Shown here: positions 1 through 11,667 of the stretch, piece by piece
Position numbering within the stretch: position 1 is the first letter of the stretch
Layout: each line of letters opens with the position of its first letter
From: Podarcis melisellensis
Taxonomy: Eukaryota
DNA: 64,000 nt
Reading direction: 5' to 3' (one strand)
Assembly (NCBI GenBank): GCA_964234715.1
Contig: OZ174281.1
Translations under genes and position numbers: made by a program
The notes under the pieces: model-generated
The model's input: the letters and a program-made list of their open reading frames with translations, nothing else
Told to the model about the DNA's origin: nothing
The model's database searches: none

Positions 1-916
1 CCCAAGGTTCCCGACCCTAGCAGTGAAGATACAGTATCTTAACACAAGAACACAATATAGCAATTTGGAGTGCTATCCTGTCATAGCTACTATAAGAGAC
101 TTTCATTAATGCTTCTCATCTCTGTTGTCCACTTTCCTGACACTTCGCAAATACAAAATTTTATCAGCATTTGCCTTTTCCCACAATAGCTGCTCTTCCC
201 GATTTCCCAGGAACTGACCAAAAACCGGCACAGAGCGGATGAACCTGGCTAAATCCCAAGCCAGAGAAAGAAAGAGCCTATTGGTAAGCACATCTGGAAC
301 GAGTTATGTCTATGCGGTTCCTTTTCCCCTTATGAGGATTACATTTTAATTGAACTGGTTTGATAAGTTTCATGTTTAAAGCTGGAAAAGTGAGTCCATG
401 GCAAAATATTCACCCAGTTGCTCAGCCATGAGAACCCAGGCTGCCACCCACCTCACTTCTTATGGAAACCCACTGGTAGAAAGTTTGTACCGGAGTTATC
501 AGATTATTGGAAAAGAGAATGGGGTTAAATGAAAAGAGCAAACACATAACACACAGCACGTTGAGCAGCAGCAAAACTACACAAATATAGTTGATACTTT
601 ACTTTAGCATGTCCTCACATACTTGCGTTCTTATATCCCCCTCCTTTTTTCCCCTTTTTGCAATTACCTCCCATAGTTTAGGAAGCTGCCTTAGGCTAAG
701 TGACATTACTGGTGTATTTAGCTCAGCATTTACATGGACTTGGAAGCAAGGACTATCTGGAGATTTTTAGATAATGGGACTCAACCTGGGACTTTCTGCT
801 TTGCATGTGCTCTACCACTACAACTACAGCTTGCTTGTGCGGGGCCCTGGGGGTGCAGAGAACAGTAATGTTCAGAGACTGTCACTTATCATTTAGGCAG
901 GTATATATGATATATT

Positions 917-1282
917 AAGGGACGCGGGTGGCGCTGTGGGTTAAAGCCTCAGCACCTAGGGCTTGCCGATCGAAAGGTCGGCGGTTCGAATCCCCGCGGC
1001 GGGGTGCGCTCCCGTTGCTCGGTCCCAGCGCCTGCCAACCTAGCAGTTCGAAAGCACCCCCGGGTGCAAGTAGATAAATAGGGACTGCTTACTAGCGGAA
1101 AGGTAAACGGCGTTTCCGTGTGCAGCTCTGGCTCGCCAGAGCAGCGATGTCACGCTGGCCACGTGACCCGGAAGTGTCTCCGGACAGCGCTGGCCCCTGG
1201 CCTCTTAAGTGAGATGGGCGCACAACCCCAGAGTCTGTCAAGACTGGCCCGTACGGGCAGGGGTACCTTTACCTTTACCTTT
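917..1282 (+). mobile_element. Full-length Sauria SINE
   Basis: tRNA-like head (GGTGGCGCTGTGGG...GGTTCGAATCC), typical Sauria body, (ACCTTT)n tail, 13-bp TSD TATATGATATATT at 904-916 and 1283-1295. Confidence 0.92.
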
Positions 1283-2516
1283 TATATGATATATTGATGG
1301 ATTGTAAGATGTTTCTAAGGTTCATTTGATAGAGCAAACTCTTTTCGCACAAAAGCATGTTAAAATTAATAGATATTAACCAGCAAGTCCTTCTCTGCAC
1401 AGTTAACAAATTTTGCTATTCCAGTCACTAGGATAAGTATTATAAAAGAATTACTGTAGTTCATGGATAATTTGTAATAGATTGCATGTCAAAGGGACTC
1501 TGTGGGAAGGCTCCACGAGCCCAGAGGGTGTGGCAGGTAAGGCAGCACATGGAAGTTATCCAACTCATTGTCCTTGGGAATCCATAGATCTCCCAAACTA
1601 AAGTAGTTTTTACTCTAAGGAAGTAACATATTAGCTTCATAATGACATAAAACTGAAACCATCCTAATCAGAGCTACCAAAAGACTAGTAAGAGTACACT
1701 AAATTCCAAGAGATAAAAACAAACCCAGATGCATTTCCATAGCAGAAAAATATTTAGCTAGCACAGCAATTGATTCTATGCAACTTACTCAAAAGTAAAG
1801 CCACTAGTTTATTTAGTTATTAAGTTTATACCCTGTCCTCCCTCCTAAAGGAGCCCAAGGAAGCAAACAAACAATAAAACAATGAAAATATCTTAAAAAC
1901 TAGTTCAATTATATAACTCGCAATGTGTTTGTAGGACTGCAGCCTTAAACACCAGTCCCATATATTAAGGATTTGGTTTCACTGGTTTCTCAATGAAAAA
2001 TAAAAGAAGTCAGAATTAGACAATCTTTTTTTTTTTGGAGCGGGGTGAAAAGAGAGTAAGGAACATTCATTGGCTCCAGACAAATAAATATCCTATCTGG
2101 TCTTGTAAATTACCATATTAGTGATAGGAAATCCTTTATGATTCATCGAACAAGTCTCTTTCCTAAAAACACATGCCAAAAACACGGACATCAAAGGGAT
2201 GAAGGAACCACGCTAAATTAATGGCACTTTTTTTATTACTACAAATATACATACATGAACATTCTTCTCAGTATACTAAGAACTCGGTGCCCAGTGATAT
2301 TTATCAAGCAGCTGCAAACACATCTGTACACAATGGTGCTCCTCACATGACTGCCTCTCTCCATATTGCCAGCAGCTTGTCATCAGTTCAAGCAGTGAGT
2401 ATCATGGTAGGAGGTGGCCATTAAAAAAAAAATAATCAGCAGGATTTCTTGCAAGTGGAACAAGGCGCAGGGTTGCAACCCAATGGCATGCCCACTTTTA
2501 AAATTTGCTCAATATA

Positions 2517-2907
2517 CTATACTTTTCCGTGTATAAGACAAAGGATTTTTCACCCAAAAATAAAGTTTTAAATTGGGGGGATCTTATACATGGGTAGTGC
2601 AGAGGGGGGACGACAACAGGTGATTGGTTGCAGCCGCAAGCAGGACCTTGCGATTGGGTGGGTGAATGGAGTCTGCTGCAAGGGTTGCTTTGGATTGGCT
2701 GCTGCTTTGTCAAATGGGTGGGTTATTAGCGGATGCGGCAAGGGCTGCTTTGGATTGGCTTTGGCAATTTGGCAGGTGTCGCGATTGTTAGCATTCGTCA
2801 GTTGGGTGAGTGATTTTCGGCAATCTTCCCCCATTTTCTTTAATTTTAGTCCCCCAAAATAGGGGGCATCTTATACATGGGGGCATGTTATACACAGAAA
2901 AATATGG
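2517..2907. mobile_element. Tc1/mariner-pogo-type MITE
   Basis: Imperfect TIRs (CTATACTTTTCCGTGTATAAGAC ... TTATACACAGAAAAATATGG), TA at the left flank, subterminal TCTTATACATGGG repeats. Confidence 0.6.
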
Positions 2908-4274
2908 CAAGTGCAAGGCATGGATCAAATGGATTTCTTTACTATTTGCACTTGCAAGGCTGCAACCAGGCATATATAAATAACATTTCCATTATGTAGC
3001 GCCAAACCACATTACGGTGAGGGAAAATGTAGAAAGTTGTCAAGCTAGCAGTTCAGCTATACTTCTAAACTCAAAGGGGTGACTCCTTAAACGTAAGCCT
3101 TTTATCTTCTCCAATTTCATGCTAAATTTTACATTGATTAAAAGTGAGGAGGGGGAGCTTTGTTTTATCTCATTTCTACGAAGCTTATGTTTTAATTCAT
3201 GGAACTTGAGGGGGGGTGTATTTTATTTTACTAACAGTGGGATTACAGAGTTAGCAAATGCTGTGTCACCAGTTATTAATTTTGTCACTTTTGACCTAAA
3301 CGGAACAGTCTCTTCCTGAAAGGAAGGATTGCTCTTGGAGTTACACAATTTCATAGATTCATAAAAACAAAGACAGTTCTGTTGTAGTAGTATAGTTTTG
3401 CTGTGGGCAGGAAGAGAAAGAAATGGTATCTACTTGTCTTATAATTAAATTAAATAAAAGGAGGCAACAATAGATTTGCAGTCTTATGGCTATAAACAGC
3501 CATGAATAGACATTAAAAGACTACCTTAAATCAGTATTACTTTGAGGCTTTTACAAATGCTTAATTTTGCTGCAATATAAATCTTTAATATCTCACACAG
3601 TTGATTTGATTGTAAGCAAACAAGAGGTAAGACTGTTTAGGATCAAAATGTCATGCAGCATCAAGAGTAAACACAAGTGTGTCTATACAGATGAAAGTAT
3701 GCAACTGTTGTCACCTGGAATACCAATGGAAATACAATATGAATATTGATAAGGGCGGGGCATTATTTGTAACTACACAGATTTCTCAACATTCACTATA
3801 GTTCTGGGGACCATGCCTAAAGCCAAAATTGGTCATGGGTTCAATGGCAGGTGGGATTGCCAAAGTCTTTTCCCCCCAGACACTGACACCTTTCCACCCC
3901 TTATTTGTTTGTCTTTTGCCAAGCAGATAAAGCGGAATGTGCACAAGTTAAATGTGCATACGTTGCGTGCTTATTATATTTCCTTCTAACTGAATGTACA
4001 TTATTTCCGTTGACAGAACAGACCACAAAGCTGCATAGATGTCCACATGGAAAATCCTTTCTACATAATGGGCTGTAGCCAGAAGAAACCAGGCATGCTT
4101 TAGTTGGCTCCTGCAGAGCAGTGGTTCCCAAACTTCCTTTCGCCATGAACCACTTGAAAAGAGCTAAGGTTCCTGGCAGAACCTTGTTTTCTGCCTGTTG
4201 TAGCAACTGTAATGCACTTTGCTAGATGCTATATGATCTTTAGTTGTATTTTTATTGCTTCTTATTTTCTTATA

Positions 4275-4516
4275 CAGTGGTACCTCAGTTTACGAACTTA
4301 ATCTATTCCGGAAGTCTGTTCTTAAACTGAAACTGTTCTTAAACCGAGACGTGCTTTCCCTAATGAGGCCTCCTGCCGCCGGTGCCCTTCCACTGTTCGG
4401 CTTCCGTTCTTAGACTGAGGTAAAGTTCGCAAACCAGGATACTATTTCCAGTTTTGCGGCGTTCTTAAACCGGAATAGTTCATAAACAGGGCTGTTGTTA
4501 AACCGAGGTACCACTG
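4275..4516. mobile_element. Tc1/mariner-type MITE (CAGTGGTACCTC TIR)
   Basis: TIR CAGTGGTACCTC...GAGGTACCACTG with TA on both sides. Confidence 0.85.
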
Positions 4517-4630
4517 TAATGCATTTTATTGTAACAGAATTTGAATGCCATCAAATTTTATGGAATTCAAATTGTAACTGTTCTTCACAGATATGCTGTG
4601 GACGACCTAAATGAAGCTTGTGGACAACTA

Positions 4631-4864
4631 CAGTGGTACCTCAGGTTACAGACGCTTCAGGTCACAGACACTTCAGGTTACAGACTCCACTAACCCAGAA
4701 ATAGTACCTCGGGTTAAGAACTTTGCTTCAGGATGAGAACAGAAATTGTGCGGCGGCCGCAGCAGGAGGCCCCATTAGCTAAAGTGGTACCTCAGGTTAA
4801 GAACAGTTTCAGGTTAAGAACGGACCTCCAGAATGAATTAAGTTCTTAACCAGGGGTACCACTG
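4631..4864 (+). mobile_element. Tc1/mariner-type MITE (CAGTGGTACCTC family)
   Basis: TIRs plus TA TSD; closely similar to the copy at 11426-11667. Confidence 0.85.
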
Positions 4865-5355
4865 TAGTTGCCTGTGGAACACAGTTTGGGAGTTGCTACT
4901 CTAGAGAGCAAAACTAGCCCAGAAAACAACAAGAAGAGATCTGTGTAACAAAGAAACCAACAGAAACTAATGCAAAATGAATTTGCCCATCCAGCTGAGT
5001 TGCAAATAGGGGTTTTGAAGGTTAGATTCAAAGCAATAACCATGGTCATTAATTTTCACATCAAGTATTTCCATAGAGTCCTAATCTCATGTTCTACTCA
5101 TCTATGCAAAGCTTACTTCTGAATCTGCATAGAAGTACAAAAGCCAGCATTCAGATATGAGAGTGAAAATCAACCTTGTTCCACGAAAGTCATCCTAAAG
5201 GTTTTACATGATTTTTTGAAGTTTGACGATTCAAGACTGAAGAAAATCCTTTGCTGCCATGATCTTGGAGTACTGACACTGCATGGCAAACACCTCAGCA
5301 CAGACTTTCTTAATCTGGGATCTTGAATACATCACAATGCTCTAAAAACATAAAT

Positions 5356-5358
<3 letters not shown>

Positions 5359-5387
<29 letters not shown>
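5359..5387. repeat. (TA)n microsatellite
   Basis: Direct reading. Confidence 0.9.
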
Positions 5388-5389
<2 letters not shown>

Positions 5390-7771
5390 CTGCAACTTGT
5401 TGTCTTGCAATCTATACATTTATTTATTTTACTGCACTTTTCTCCTGCTTTTTTGCCAAAGAAGCTTAAGCGGGGTGGCTTCTCAATCCCATTACCACAT
5501 AAGTAACATTGTGTAGTGAACAGGATACAGTTTTCTCTGTAGCGGCAGCCCAACTATGGAATGCTCTCCAAGCATCAACAGTTTACTTTTCCGTGTCAGC
5601 TGAAATACATCTCTCTTTCAATAGGCTTTTACAGATATTTGATTCCATTTGACCAGCTACAAAATAATGGGTTACCTGTCTGCTCTGGTAATAATACAGT
5701 TTTACTTGAAATGAAATTGTAATGGCTGTATCTTATAATCAACACTATGATTTATCAATTACTTCTCCACCTCAACATAGGGCAAATCATTATCATGCTT
5801 CTGAGAACATTAACATTATGAAATGAAATACAAGATTTCAGGCAACTCATTGGTAAAGGAATATTGCTCAATTGACCAGTCAAATATTATCAAAGAGTAG
5901 ACAAGTATTTAAATCATCAACTTAAGAGAAGTGCGCATGAGACACTGACATCACTTACAAAACAGAACCAAGTCCATCAACTGTTATTATGACATGATGA
6001 AATAAAATGGTTAACTATTTTAAGGGAAATTACCAAGAATGTTCTGTAAATACAAAGGTACATAATACTGAAGAGAATAAAGAGTTCTTAGTTTTCATCA
6101 TGGAATCTCAGGAAGAGCCCAAAGAGATATTTTTAAAAATGAAGTTAAACAAATAAAATACAGAGTACATATGAAACACACATGTTGAATGCACAGCAAA
6201 AGCCAGATTTTAAATGTGGTGAAGGTTACACTAAGACATCAGGCCAACACAAGCATTTTTGCTTCATATTATCCAACTCAGATGCTTCAGTGTCATCACC
6301 TTTCTCATCAGTATCCCCCACCCTCCTCTTGTATACTCCTGCTCACTGACACAAGTCTTAATCAGGCATTCTTCACAACTTAAAACTGAGATATGCGGAT
6401 ATCAGTCTTACGACAATGGAAGGCTTGAAACTGATTTCTGGCTCTTGGAAAGTTGATTCTGCAAGCTGACCAATTCCATTCCGCACTAGCAGCAACACAA
6501 TAATTTCTACCACTATGGCTGATCCATAAGGAAGGCTCCACCCTTTCCACTATCATGAAGGAGCAAGCTGCCTTGATTGATCCGCTGGAATTTCACATCA
6601 CATTGTTGTAGCAACCAAGAGATTTCCCCGCCCCCATTTCATTATTTGCTACCTCCATCACAATTGTCTGATCGTTTTACAAATGGTTAAGACTTAGGAC
6701 CCTGGCATTCCTGAAGCTGACTGTGGCAGGGTGCAGCAAGGAGCTCCTTGTATTTCCTATCAGGAGACATCATGATTGAGATAAAAAAGGTACATCGCCA
6801 TTTCCATTAAAAGGATACATGACATATATCTGACTACTGTGAAACCAGTGCTCAGTTGACTGACTAACAAAATAACCTCTAAAGAGCTAGAGAATATATA
6901 AGGAAGTATAGTCTCTATGTATCTTTTTAGCATTTTTGCCGCACTAGGTTCACCTCTCTGAAAAGAAAGAGCATCCCTTTGAAATCTGACCAGTTACCAA
7001 CCTTTTATTTAAAAACGTTACCCTCACAGGAGCCTAATTTAATGTAGTGTTGTGACAGATGTGTACCAGATTTGGAACAGGACAGAGGTCTGGGTTAGAG
7101 GAAGGAACCTTGTGTTTATTCATTCATCATAAAAGAATTAAAGCACATTGGACAACCCCAAGATCAAGTCATAAATATGTAATCTTTCTAGGCCAGTGTT
7201 GTTATAGTTTTAAATTTTATTAACAGCTTTTCAATGATCCTGTAAGGAGCAGCTTACTCAGGACCATTTAAGTGAAGCAAAATTGCTCAATGAATTAAAT
7301 CAAAAAAAGTATTTCAGACATACAACAGGCCCAAGACAAATTCTTGATGTAAGGAAGAACTAACCTGGATTTATATTTGCACTGGCTCAATAGTTTTTCC
7401 ACTGAGTTTGCTGTTCATAACATATCCTGAAGTCAAATGCTTATTAATGCAATTTCTCTTGATACCAGTGAGATTTTTTTTTGAATGTAAAAATTTTTTG
7501 CTTCCATTTTCACAAAGCTACTAAAAGGTCCATTCAAATATTGCAGCCCACGAGGATAGCGATGAAAAATGCTTTTGCAGAGGGCAAGAGATGCTCTACA
7601 AACAAGGCTGCACGTGGAATGGCCATGAAGAGTCTCTTATACCAGTGGTTTTAGAACTCTCTGTCTTCAGGAAACCTCTTCTGCATCAACTTATCTGCCA
7701 GGAATACATACAACTACATACTTGCTACAGAACATTAGCACATGACCAAAAAGTCCTTGTATACTGTAGGG

Positions 7772-7910
7772 CAAGGTTGAGGAACCTGTGACCCTCCAAA
7801 TACTGCTGACCTAAAACTTCCATCAGTTCTAGTCAGTTATGACCAATGGTCAGGAATGATGGGAGTTGTAGTTCAGCAATATTTGGACAGACACAGGTTC
7901 CCCATCTCTG
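7772..7910. mobile_element. Short hAT-like MITE
   Basis: Imperfect palindromic ends, GGGAGTTGTAGT core, 8-bp flanks CTGTAGGG / TTGTAGGA; a related copy lies at ~58745-58865. Confidence 0.55.
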
Positions 7911-8394
7911 TTGTAGGAGATCATGCACTGCAATCATCAGGCACTGGCCATACATTTTGAGCTCCACTGTTATCCTATGTGCACCCATAAGCGTGCCTTA
8001 AATGCACCCAACATCTTCTGGCAAAACTGTTCAGGAAAGAAAGATCAATAATGGAGGACTAAATGTAATGAACTTTGTCTAACATCATAGGTCTTCTCAC
8101 TAAAGAATGCACTGATAAGTTCTCCAAAAAGAACCAGGATTCCCTAGAAGGGTTTTAAAACTATGACTGGGGAGGTGGCATGGAGTAAATAGCTTTAAGC
8201 CTACTGTATAGAATGCCACCACAAGCAAGAATTTTACATAGCCTCTTCATGAGGCCCATTCATATCTAAGCAGTTCTAGTACATAACCTGTTGTCTAACT
8301 GGTTGAATATTTCATGTTTTCTTAAAAGTTACTATAACAGCCCTATGCAGTAGGCCATTACTGTATTCTTATCCTCACACTACAAATGGGCTCA

Positions 8395-8523
8395 GTTAGC
8401 TCAGGTGGTTAGAGAATGGTGTTGATAATGCCAAGGTCATGAGTTTGAGCCCCATACGGGCCACCTGCCTATGAACTAGGTGACCCTTAGAGTCCCTTCC
8501 AACTCTACAATTACATGATTCTA
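8395..8523 (+). mobile_element. tRNA-derived SINE with CR1-type 3' tail
   Basis: A box (TAGCTCAGGTGG) and degraded B box, then GTCCCTTCCAACTCTAC...ATGATTCTA tail. Confidence 0.65.
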
Positions 8524-8985
8524 AAAGGGGAGGGAGAAAGTCCCCCCCCCCAATTTAGATGAGATTTTAAGTAGAATCTTCCCACATCACAACTTATACT
8601 CCTAGCCACTATACCACATCTATGGATGAGACTGAGATCATAATATTGCCATTACAAGGACCTGCACTAAAATGAAATGACACTGATGAAAGAAGTTTGG
8701 CAGGCAAGTATCATGGATGTTTTAGGTAAGGAAAGCCTGTGTGAAAAGTCCTCCTCTGGATCCGTGCCATTACTAGAAGTCTAGGATACTGCCTTAACAC
8801 AATTTATTCAGTTGCAACTGTAACTCCAGTTCCCACCCAACAGGTGCACCTCAAATGTGAAAACACAGTTGTCCTCCAATAATGCAGCCCTATGGATGTT
8901 TACTTGGAAGCAAGTCCCACTGTGCTTAGTTCCACTTACGCCCCAAGTAAATGTTCCTAGGACTGCAACCAAAAACACTGCTGAA

Positions 8986-8989
<4 letters not shown>

Positions 8990-9025
<36 letters not shown>
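8990..9025. repeat. (GA)n microsatellite
   Basis: Direct reading. Confidence 0.9.
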
Positions 9026-9030
<5 letters not shown>

Positions 9031-9839
9031 ATTAAAGCTGAAACCCTAAAAATACTTACCAGGGAGTAAACTCCAATGAGTATGGCTTCTGAGGATTGCC
9101 ATGCACAATGCCAAAAGCAAACTATTCACAACATACATATTCTCAGGAGCCATACAGCCTATTCCTGTGCATGCTTACTCAAAAATAATCTCACCTAAGG
9201 TGAAGAGAGACTGATCATCACAAGTGTGGTGCTGGTGCTCTCAAGCAAACTGTAGCAATTATTTGGGGCGGGGAGGATGTTCGTTCAAAGCAGCTCCCCC
9301 CCAACTTTGGCTGTCTTCAGCCCAAGTTCAGGCATCCCCAGTAAGTATGCACGTGATCCCAGCCTCGGGATGCAACAGCGATACTAGCAAGACTTTGGAA
9401 CCAGAAGCTGCTGCACCTGGATCTCAGCAACCAACAGCTCTTCCGCTTCCCAGGCAGAGTCAACAGAATCCTCTTGGCAGCTCTGGGTATCCAACCTTTT
9501 GCTATTCTCCTGGAATTACTTCCATCTCTGGAGATCTGCAAGGCAACAAGCCTGCCTCTCTCTACGCACACGCAGATAACCCACCCTCCTCTCTGCAGTA
9601 CAAACCCGGTTTACACGAGCAACCTCCCCCCAAAACCTGCCCCCACTTCCTGCTTCTAACCCAAATATCTCCGATAGACTGGAAGAACAATGCCCTTTTG
9701 GGGGGGGGCTCAGTCCAGGTGGTTGGCGCATGCACAAAGCAAGCAAGCCCCCCCCCCCTTTCCCAAAGGTCTCAGCTGCTGCTATTTCAACGGGCAGCAG
9801 CGTTGCTTGCTGGCTTGCTTGCCTGTGCTTATAGCCATT

Positions 9840-10960
9840 GCAACAAAACAAGGCACAGGCGCTCCAGTCAGAGCAGCCGAGATGTGAGGGGGTTGGGGAG
9901 GGCAGACGAGACGGAGCTGTAGCTGCGCCAGACAACGAGCGCGACAGACAGCCAGCCAGCCACCCTTCTCCACACACCCCTCCGGTATTCTTCCGCCGCC
10001 GCCACCGGTCCCGAGGCGCCCGGATTCCCTCTCCGTTTCTCTCAGAAGCACCCTTACCTGCCGCGCCTCTCCTCAGAGATACCAAGCCCCGCGCCAGGCG
10101 ACGCCAGCTCCCGTGGAAAGGGGAGACGAGGCGGCGAACCGCTGAGGGGGCGCGGGAGCAGCGCAGCCCGCTAAGGCGTCCTGCCGGCGCGCGCGGGGCT
10201 CCCTCCACGCGCTGAATGAAACTCTCCCACGACCGAGCTGCTGCTGCTGCTGCTGCCACAGCTAGAGCCGCTGGCTGCGGCGGCGGCGCCGAGCTCCGTC
10301 CTTCCCACTGCCTCGCCAACGCGGAGGGGGAGTCGAGGGATAGAAGCTGCCTTGCTCCGGGGCTGCCTTTTCTCCATGGGCGGCCTCGCAGGGTCTAGCC
10401 AAAAAGCAGCCAGAAGCCCCGGTTCGAGCTCCGGCCTTGAGCTCTGGGGAGAGCGCGGCTGGGCCAAGGGGCTGGCATGCTCCTTTCCCCGCTGCCTCTG
10501 GGGCCCCCTCGACTTCGGGATGGTTTGGTCCAGGCTGAAATGGGGAAGGGGGCGGGGCGGGGGATGCTGCTGCCCGCACACAATAGGCTTGAATCGGCCC
10601 CCTCCGTGTAACGGAGCAGACGCTGCCGAGAAAGCGGCGCTCTCGCCATCCCCTCCCTTTTCTTTCTTTTTAAAGGCAATGCTCTGGGTTTGGACCAAGA
10701 CGTGTGAGGGGAGGAAGAGAGAGAAGGCAGCCAGCCAATGCAGGCGTCCAAATAAATGAATAGTAAGCCAGGGAAAGGTCCCCCCCTTCCCCCCTTTAAA
10801 CCAGTCATAATTTGGATTGCGAGAACTGTGACGATCTATTCTTCCGCATTCGGCTTTGTTGTTTTAGCAGCATGTGCGAAGCTGCGCAAAGTGATTTGCG
10901 CGCAAGCCCTCGCCCTCCCCTGAGAACTAGCAGCCTAAAAGCCTCTGCGCTTTTCCTCCG
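9840..10960. promoter_or_regulatory. CpG island promoter
   Basis: Sharp rise in GC and CpG density over the flanks; GC box GGGGCGGGGCGG at ~10548-10560; CCAAT at ~10735. Confidence 0.85.
10058..10330 (-). other. Probable non-coding first exon (5' UTR) of an unidentified gene running toward lower coordinates
   Basis: Consensus donor CAG|GTAAGG at 10058/10057 inside the CpG island; (GCA)n and GCC runs; no ATG seen in the exon; the upstream boundary is approximate. Confidence 0.6.
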
Positions 10961-11425
10961 AAGTAACATCGGTTCAGTTAAAGTTTACTCTCAGGTTAAA
11001 AAAAAAAAGAGTATAGGATTAAAGCTTGAGAAAGAGGGTGTTTTCTCACACTGGTTTTGTGTGGCCTGAACCAGTTCTTAGTTTGGCCTGGTGTTACTTA
11101 AACTTCTCCCCCCCCCCTCTCAGAAAACAGAGGCTAGGATGCCAATTTGAAACTCAGTGTAGTATACTGTCAGTTTAAAGCTGGCGCTAGGAAACGGAAT
11201 TCTTCACACACACTATGGATGGATGGTATCCGTGATTTGTAAATAATGAGCCAATGGCCAAATGTTTCCCTGCAAGGCATATGTAATTGGGGTCAGATAT
11301 ACTTACAGTGTACATAGACTGCAGTCTTAAAACAGGTCTTCTTGCAAGCAGACACTATTGAATTTAATAGGACTTACTCCCTGGTAAATGGAAGTAGGAT
11401 TGCAACCTAAGTCCCATCATAATTA

Positions 11426-11667
11426 CAGTGGTACCTCGGGTTACAGATGCTTCAGGTTACAGATGCTTCAGGTTACAGACTCCGCTAACTCAGAAATAGT
11501 ACCTCGGGTTAAGAACTTTGCTTCAGGATGAGAACAGAAATCGTGTTCTGGCGGCACGGCAGCAGCGGGATGCCCCATTAGCTAAAGTGGTGCTTCAGGT
11601 TAAGAACAGTTTCAGGTTAAGAACGGACCTCCAGAACGAATTAAGTTCTTAACCAGAGGTACCACTG
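11426..11667 (+). mobile_element. Tc1/mariner-type MITE (CAGTGGTACCTC family)
   Basis: TIRs plus TA TSD. Confidence 0.85.

Larger units (their letters stand above)
4119..4898. mobile_element. hAT-like MITE hosting two nested mariner-type MITEs
   Basis: Starts CAGTGGTTCCCAAACT and ends AGTTTGGGAGTTGCTA; 8-bp flanks CTGCAGAG / CTCTAGAG match at 6 of 8. Confidence 0.6.

Noticed and set aside
106-291. 61-aa minus-strand ORF as a coding exon of the CpG-island gene
   Set aside because: Non-ATG start, early stop and no recognisable protein.
4631-4864. Recurring CAGGTTA(C/A) short repeats resembling a spaced array
   Set aside because: These are subterminal repeats of a MITE, bounded by TIRs and TA TSDs and repeated in other copies; not CRISPR-like.
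9224-10808. Long overlapping ORFs (232, 267, 175, 137 aa) on both strands
   Set aside because: Expected in a GC-rich CpG island with few stop codons; low-complexity R/G/A/P translations, several non-ATG starts, no recognisable domain.
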